DNA from: an uncultured delta proteobacterium
Lineage (GTDB): Bacteria > Desulfobacterota > Binatia > DP-6
Direction: 5' to 3'
NCBI GenBank assembly: GCA_963815115.1
Contig: CAWFFN010000009.1
Location: forward strand, 896,001 to 960,000
Length of the DNA: 64,000 nucleotides
Shown here: positions 60,614 to 64,000 of the stretch, piece after piece
Position numbering within the stretch: position 1 is the stretch's first letter
Layout: each line of letters starts with the position of its first letter
The notes under the pieces: model-generated
The model's database searches: none
Told to the model about the DNA's origin: nothing
What the model saw: the letters and a program-made list of their open reading frames with translations, nothing else
Program-made: the position numbers and the translations under genes

Positions 60614-61480
60614 TCAGCAGGGAGGAAGATGTCCCTCGGCCGCGAGCACCTCGCGCATCGGCCGGGAGCGGAGGCGGCGCAGGAGCCGCTCGAGCTTCCG
60701 AGGGACGCCCGCGAGGCCGGTGTAGGTGATGAAGGAGGCGCTGCCGCGCAGCGGCAGGCGCGTCGCCTCCGGCGTGCACTCGCGCGGGTGGAGGTAGAGG
60801 GCGACCGGACGCCGGCGCTGGATGGAGGCGAGGGCGACCTGGAAGAGCGGGAAGGGCAGGGCGCGCAGGTAGAAGCCGCCGGCGACCGGCAGCCGCAGCG
60901 GACCGGCGGCGCAGACGGCGACGGGGAACTCCACCAGCCGGCCCGCGGGGTCGTGACGGCTCAGATCGTCGCGGGCGGGCCGGTAGATGCCCACGGGCGC
61001 GCCGGGCACGCCGTAGAGCTTCACCCGGGCGGGGAAGATGCTCGAGTCGTACGCGTAGCCGTGCTCGCGGAGCACGTCGAGCGCCCACGCCGTCGTGCGG
61101 TCGAGGCTGAAGGACGGGGCGCGATAGCCGACGACCGGGAAGTGCCCGAGCACGCCCTCGACGAGACGCCGGAACTCGTCGAGCTGGCGGGAGAGCGCGT
61201 CGCGGTCGAGCCGCCAGAGCGGGCTGTGGTCCATGCCGTGGCTCGCCACCTCGTGGCCGTCGTCGACGATCCGCCGGAGCAGCCCGGGATGCTCGCGTAC
61301 CACGTCGCCCAGCACGAAGAAGGTGGCGCGCGAGCCGCTGCCACGCAGCAGGTCCAGGATCCGTGACGTCCCGCGCTCGACGACCGAGTCCGCGTGCGCT
61401 CCCCGCTCGCGCTCGGGCACGAACTCGGAGTGGAACCAGTCCTCGATGTCGAAGGAGAAGGCGGCGGCGTGGGCTGACAT
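60614..61480 (-). CDS. polysaccharide deacetylase (DUF3473, PEP-CTERM/XrtA-associated type)
   Basis: SFDIEDWF, ATFFVLG, GHEVASHG, GYRAPSFS, YDSS, GGFYLR, YLHP. Confidence 0.88.
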   Translation of the reverse strand: MSAHAAAFSFDIEDWFHSEFVPERERGAHADSVVERGTSRILDLLRGSGSRATFFVLGDVVREHPGLLRRIVDDGHEVASHGMDHSPLWRLDRDALSRQLDEFRRLVEGVLGHFPVVGYRAPSFSLDRTTAWALDVLREHGYAYDSSIFPARVKLYGVPGAPVGIYRPARDDLSRHDPAGRLVEFPVAVCAAGPLRLPVAGGFYLRALPFPLFQVALASIQRRRPVALYLHPRECTPEATRLPLRGSASFITYTGLAGVPRKLERLLRRLRSRPMREVLAAEGHLPPC

Positions 61481-61594
61481 GCGGCAAGCGCCGGCGAGCG
61501 ACGCCGCGCCCCGGTAGCACGGCACGCGCGCCGCGCTCAATCCCTTCGGTCCACGCTGGCGGCCCGACGCGCGCCTGTGTCAGGCTGTCGGTGC

Positions 61595-62443
61595 ATGACG
61601 GGCCGGCGGACGGAGCGCGACGGGGGAGCGGCGCCGGCGCGCGGCTGGCTGGAGCGGGTCCGCGACCGGCTGATCGACCCCAGCGTGCGAGGCGTGGATC
61701 CCGACTCGCCTGCCTTCGCCGAGGCGAACCGGCGTGTGCTGCAGGACAAGCCGATGCTCCGCCGGCTCTTCGAGCGCGTCTATGGCGAATGCCGCGCGGC
61801 CGACGAGCGTTTCTTCGCTGGCTGCCCCGGCCGCCGCGTGGAGATCGGCAGCGGGTCCAGCTTCATCGGCGAGGTCTACCCCGACGTGCTCACGAGCGAC
61901 GTGAAGCCGCTCACCTTCGTCGACCTCGTGCTGCGCGCCGAAGCGTTGCCCTTCCGGGACCGGAGCCTGCGCGCCGTCTACGGGATCAACGTGCTGCATC
62001 ACCTGCCACGTCCCCGCGACTTCTTCCGCGAGCTCGAGCGCGCGCTCCACCCCGGGGGCGGGGCGATCTTCATCGAGCCGTTCCACGGCCCGCTGGCGCG
62101 CTGGCTGTTCACGCGCCTGCACGCGGCCGAGACCTTCGACGCCAGCGCGCCGGACTGGGAGGCGCGTGGCCACACCGGGCCCGCGAGCGGCGCCAACCAG
62201 GCCCTGTCGTACATCATCTTCACGCGCGACCGCGTCCGCTTCGAGCGCGAGTTCCCCGCCCTGGAGCTGATGGTGGACCGCCCGCACACCCACCTGCTGT
62301 ACCTGCTCAGCGGCGGTGTCAGCTTCCGCCAGCTCGCGCCTGCCGGGGCGACCTCGCTGATCGCATCGCTGGAACGCGCGCTCTCGCCGCTCGACCGCTG
62401 GATCGCGCTCCAGCACACGCTGGTGCTGCGCCGGCGCGCCTGA
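61595..62443 (+). CDS. class I SAM-dependent methyltransferase
   Basis: VEIGSG, AEALPF.D.S, NVLHH, LHPGG...IEP. Confidence 0.82.
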   Translation: MTGRRTERDGGAAPARGWLERVRDRLIDPSVRGVDPDSPAFAEANRRVLQDKPMLRRLFERVYGECRAADERFFAGCPGRRVEIGSGSSFIGEVYPDVLTSDVKPLTFVDLVLRAEALPFRDRSLRAVYGINVLHHLPRPRDFFRELERALHPGGGAIFIEPFHGPLARWLFTRLHAAETFDASAPDWEARGHTGPASGANQALSYIIFTRDRVRFEREFPALELMVDRPHTHLLYLLSGGVSFRQLAPAGATSLIASLERALSPLDRWIALQHTLVLRRRA

Positions 62444-62452
62444 CCGGTCGGC

Positions 62453-62959
62453 TCACGCCTCGTCGAGACGGCGCACGACACGAGCGGGAACGCCAGCCAC
62501 GAGCGTCCCGGGCGGCACGTCGTGCGTGACGACGGCGCCCGCCGCGACCACCGCCCGCTCGCCCACCGTCACGCCGGGCAGGATCATGCAGCCCGCGCCC
62601 AGGTAGCATCCGCGCCGGAGCAGGACCGGCGCCACGGTTCCGTCGCCCGCGCCCGCCTCCACGCGATCGAGGCGCTTGGCGTCGTCGTGCACCACCACGG
62701 TCACGCGAAACGACACCGTGACCTCGTCCTCGATCGTGATCAGCTCGGGGAACTGGCAGTCGAGGTAGGCGTCCAGGCCGATGAAGACGTGCCGGCCGAC
62801 GTGCACTCCCATGAGCGCGTAGAGCCGCCGTCGCAGTCCGGTCGCGATGCAGCGGCGCGCCCAGATGTGGAGCCGCTTCTGGACGTAGGTGCGCAGCAGC
62901 GTGCGGGGCGCGATCTCGCGCTCGTACTGCCGCCGGGCGACGCGCCGATCGATCGCCAT
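62453..62959 (-). CDS. hexapeptide-repeat O-acyltransferase
   Basis: LGAGCMILPGVTVGERAVVAAGAVVTHDVPPGTLVAGVPARVV. Confidence 0.88.
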   Translation of the reverse strand: MAIDRRVARRQYEREIAPRTLLRTYVQKRLHIWARRCIATGLRRRLYALMGVHVGRHVFIGLDAYLDCQFPELITIEDEVTVSFRVTVVVHDDAKRLDRVEAGAGDGTVAPVLLRRGCYLGAGCMILPGVTVGERAVVAAGAVVTHDVPPGTLVAGVPARVVRRLDEA

Positions 62960-62962
62960 GCC

Positions 62963-63988
62963 TTAGAGCAGCTCGGGGAAGCGGCGGCGGATGGGCTCGC
63001 CGAGGACGCGGGCGACGGGGAGCGGCAGTCGCTTCCAGAGCCGGACGGCGAGCCCCATGCGGTTCCGCTGGGAGGCGAAGCTCGGCACCTCGGCCGCTTC
63101 CCGGAGGAGATATTGATAGTACAGCGGCACGGCGCGTGCACCCCACTGCTCCTTGAAGCGATACGTGCCCGTGTCCAGCTGGCTGCGGCCGAAGTCGAAC
63201 GCGTGCAGGCCGCGCCGGAGCGCCTCCTGGAGCGCCTCCCAGTAGAGCATCTGGTTCGGGCAGCGCTCGAAGTGGCGGCGGAGCGACGACGCCCACAGGT
63301 CCATGGCGCAGCCGCGGTGAACGGCGAGGAACATGCCGCCGACCGGCTCGTTCCCCAGCGCGATCACGAGGAGGACCGCGCGCTCGCCGAGCGCCTCGAG
63401 CGCGCGACGGAACCAGGACTCGGCGCGCATGGGCGTTCCGAGATCGCGCATGTTCTCCAGCATCACCCGGCAGAAGGCGCCGATGTGCTCCGGGCCCCAG
63501 CGCACGGTGAAGCCCGCGCGCTGCGCCTTGCGAATCTGGTTGCGCAGCTTGGCATCGAAGGCCCGCCACTGGGCCTCCGCATCACCGGCGAGCTCGAGCA
63601 CGTGGGTGCAGTGCTCGGTGCTGGTCGCGAGATCGGGCCAGCGGACCCGCTGGTCGCGCAGCTCGAGGTACTCGACGCGCTCGCGCCCGACCAGGTCGCG
63701 GGCCGCCACCAGCAGGGCGTTCGCAGCGTCGGCGCTGGCCGCGAGCATTCCCCCCGGCGCCGAGAACAGCACCGGAAGGCGGCCGAACCGCCGCCTCTCG
63801 AACAGCGGCAGGATTCCACGCACGACTCCCGCATCCTCCGCCAGCCACGCGCGCCGTACCACGCCATACGTGGCCGCGGTGAGGTCGAGCCACGCCGCCA
63901 GCTGCGCCGGGTGCGAGCCCTCGCTGGCGAGGACGAACCGGTCCCACGACTGGCGATCGGCATCCGTATAGGATCGGACAGAGAGCAC
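62963..63988 (-). CDS. FemAB-family GNAT protein (PEP-CTERM/XrtA EPS-associated); start may lie beyond the window
   Basis: YLELRD, KLRNQIRKA, NMRDLGTP, PNQMLYW, FDFGRS...GTYRFKEQWGA. Confidence 0.88.
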   Translation of the reverse strand: MLSVRSYTDADRQSWDRFVLASEGSHPAQLAAWLDLTAATYGVVRRAWLAEDAGVVRGILPLFERRRFGRLPVLFSAPGGMLAASADAANALLVAARDLVGRERVEYLELRDQRVRWPDLATSTEHCTHVLELAGDAEAQWRAFDAKLRNQIRKAQRAGFTVRWGPEHIGAFCRVMLENMRDLGTPMRAESWFRRALEALGERAVLLVIALGNEPVGGMFLAVHRGCAMDLWASSLRRHFERCPNQMLYWEALQEALRRGLHAFDFGRSQLDTGTYRFKEQWGARAVPLYYQYLLREAAEVPSFASQRNRMGLAVRLWKRLPLPVARVLGEPIRRRFPELL

Positions 63989-64000
63989 GCTCGGGAGCCC

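Overview
Very GC-rich, gene-dense bacterial chromosomal segment from a diderm: it has outer-membrane beta-barrels, lipoproteins and PEP-CTERM/XrtA-type EPS genes, and the gene content suggests a Deltaproteobacteria-like soil lineage such as Binatota (inference only). About 57 CDS can be supported, including typA, an Fpg/Nei glycosylase, a PlsC-like acyltransferase, hemQ/chdC, a pepN-like M1 peptidase, uppP, proS, pyrF, phaR-like and fur. No rRNA, tRNA, CRISPR array or transposase was seen. The main point of interest is a Fur-adjacent iron locus at 36159-47653. A perfect Fur-box-like palindrome precedes a di-heme cytochrome c/FTR1 permease fusion, a flavinylation-type FMN-binding protein, a divergent ApbE and a His-containing membrane protein. 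Next come an unannotated 57-aa Com-like zinc-ribbon ORF with a terminator-like hairpin, a porin and an atypical di-heme peroxidase-family protein; a ChaN-PDZ/M1 pair converges on the operon. Other notable items are a 277-bp nested-hairpin REPIN/MITE-like element (24219-24495), a 1473-aa membrane patatin-like protein with a quadruplicated N-terminal motif and a C-terminal GNAT-like domain, tandem Thr-type sulfatase-TPR paralogs, and two frameshifts. All product calls come from motif recognition by eye, not database searches.
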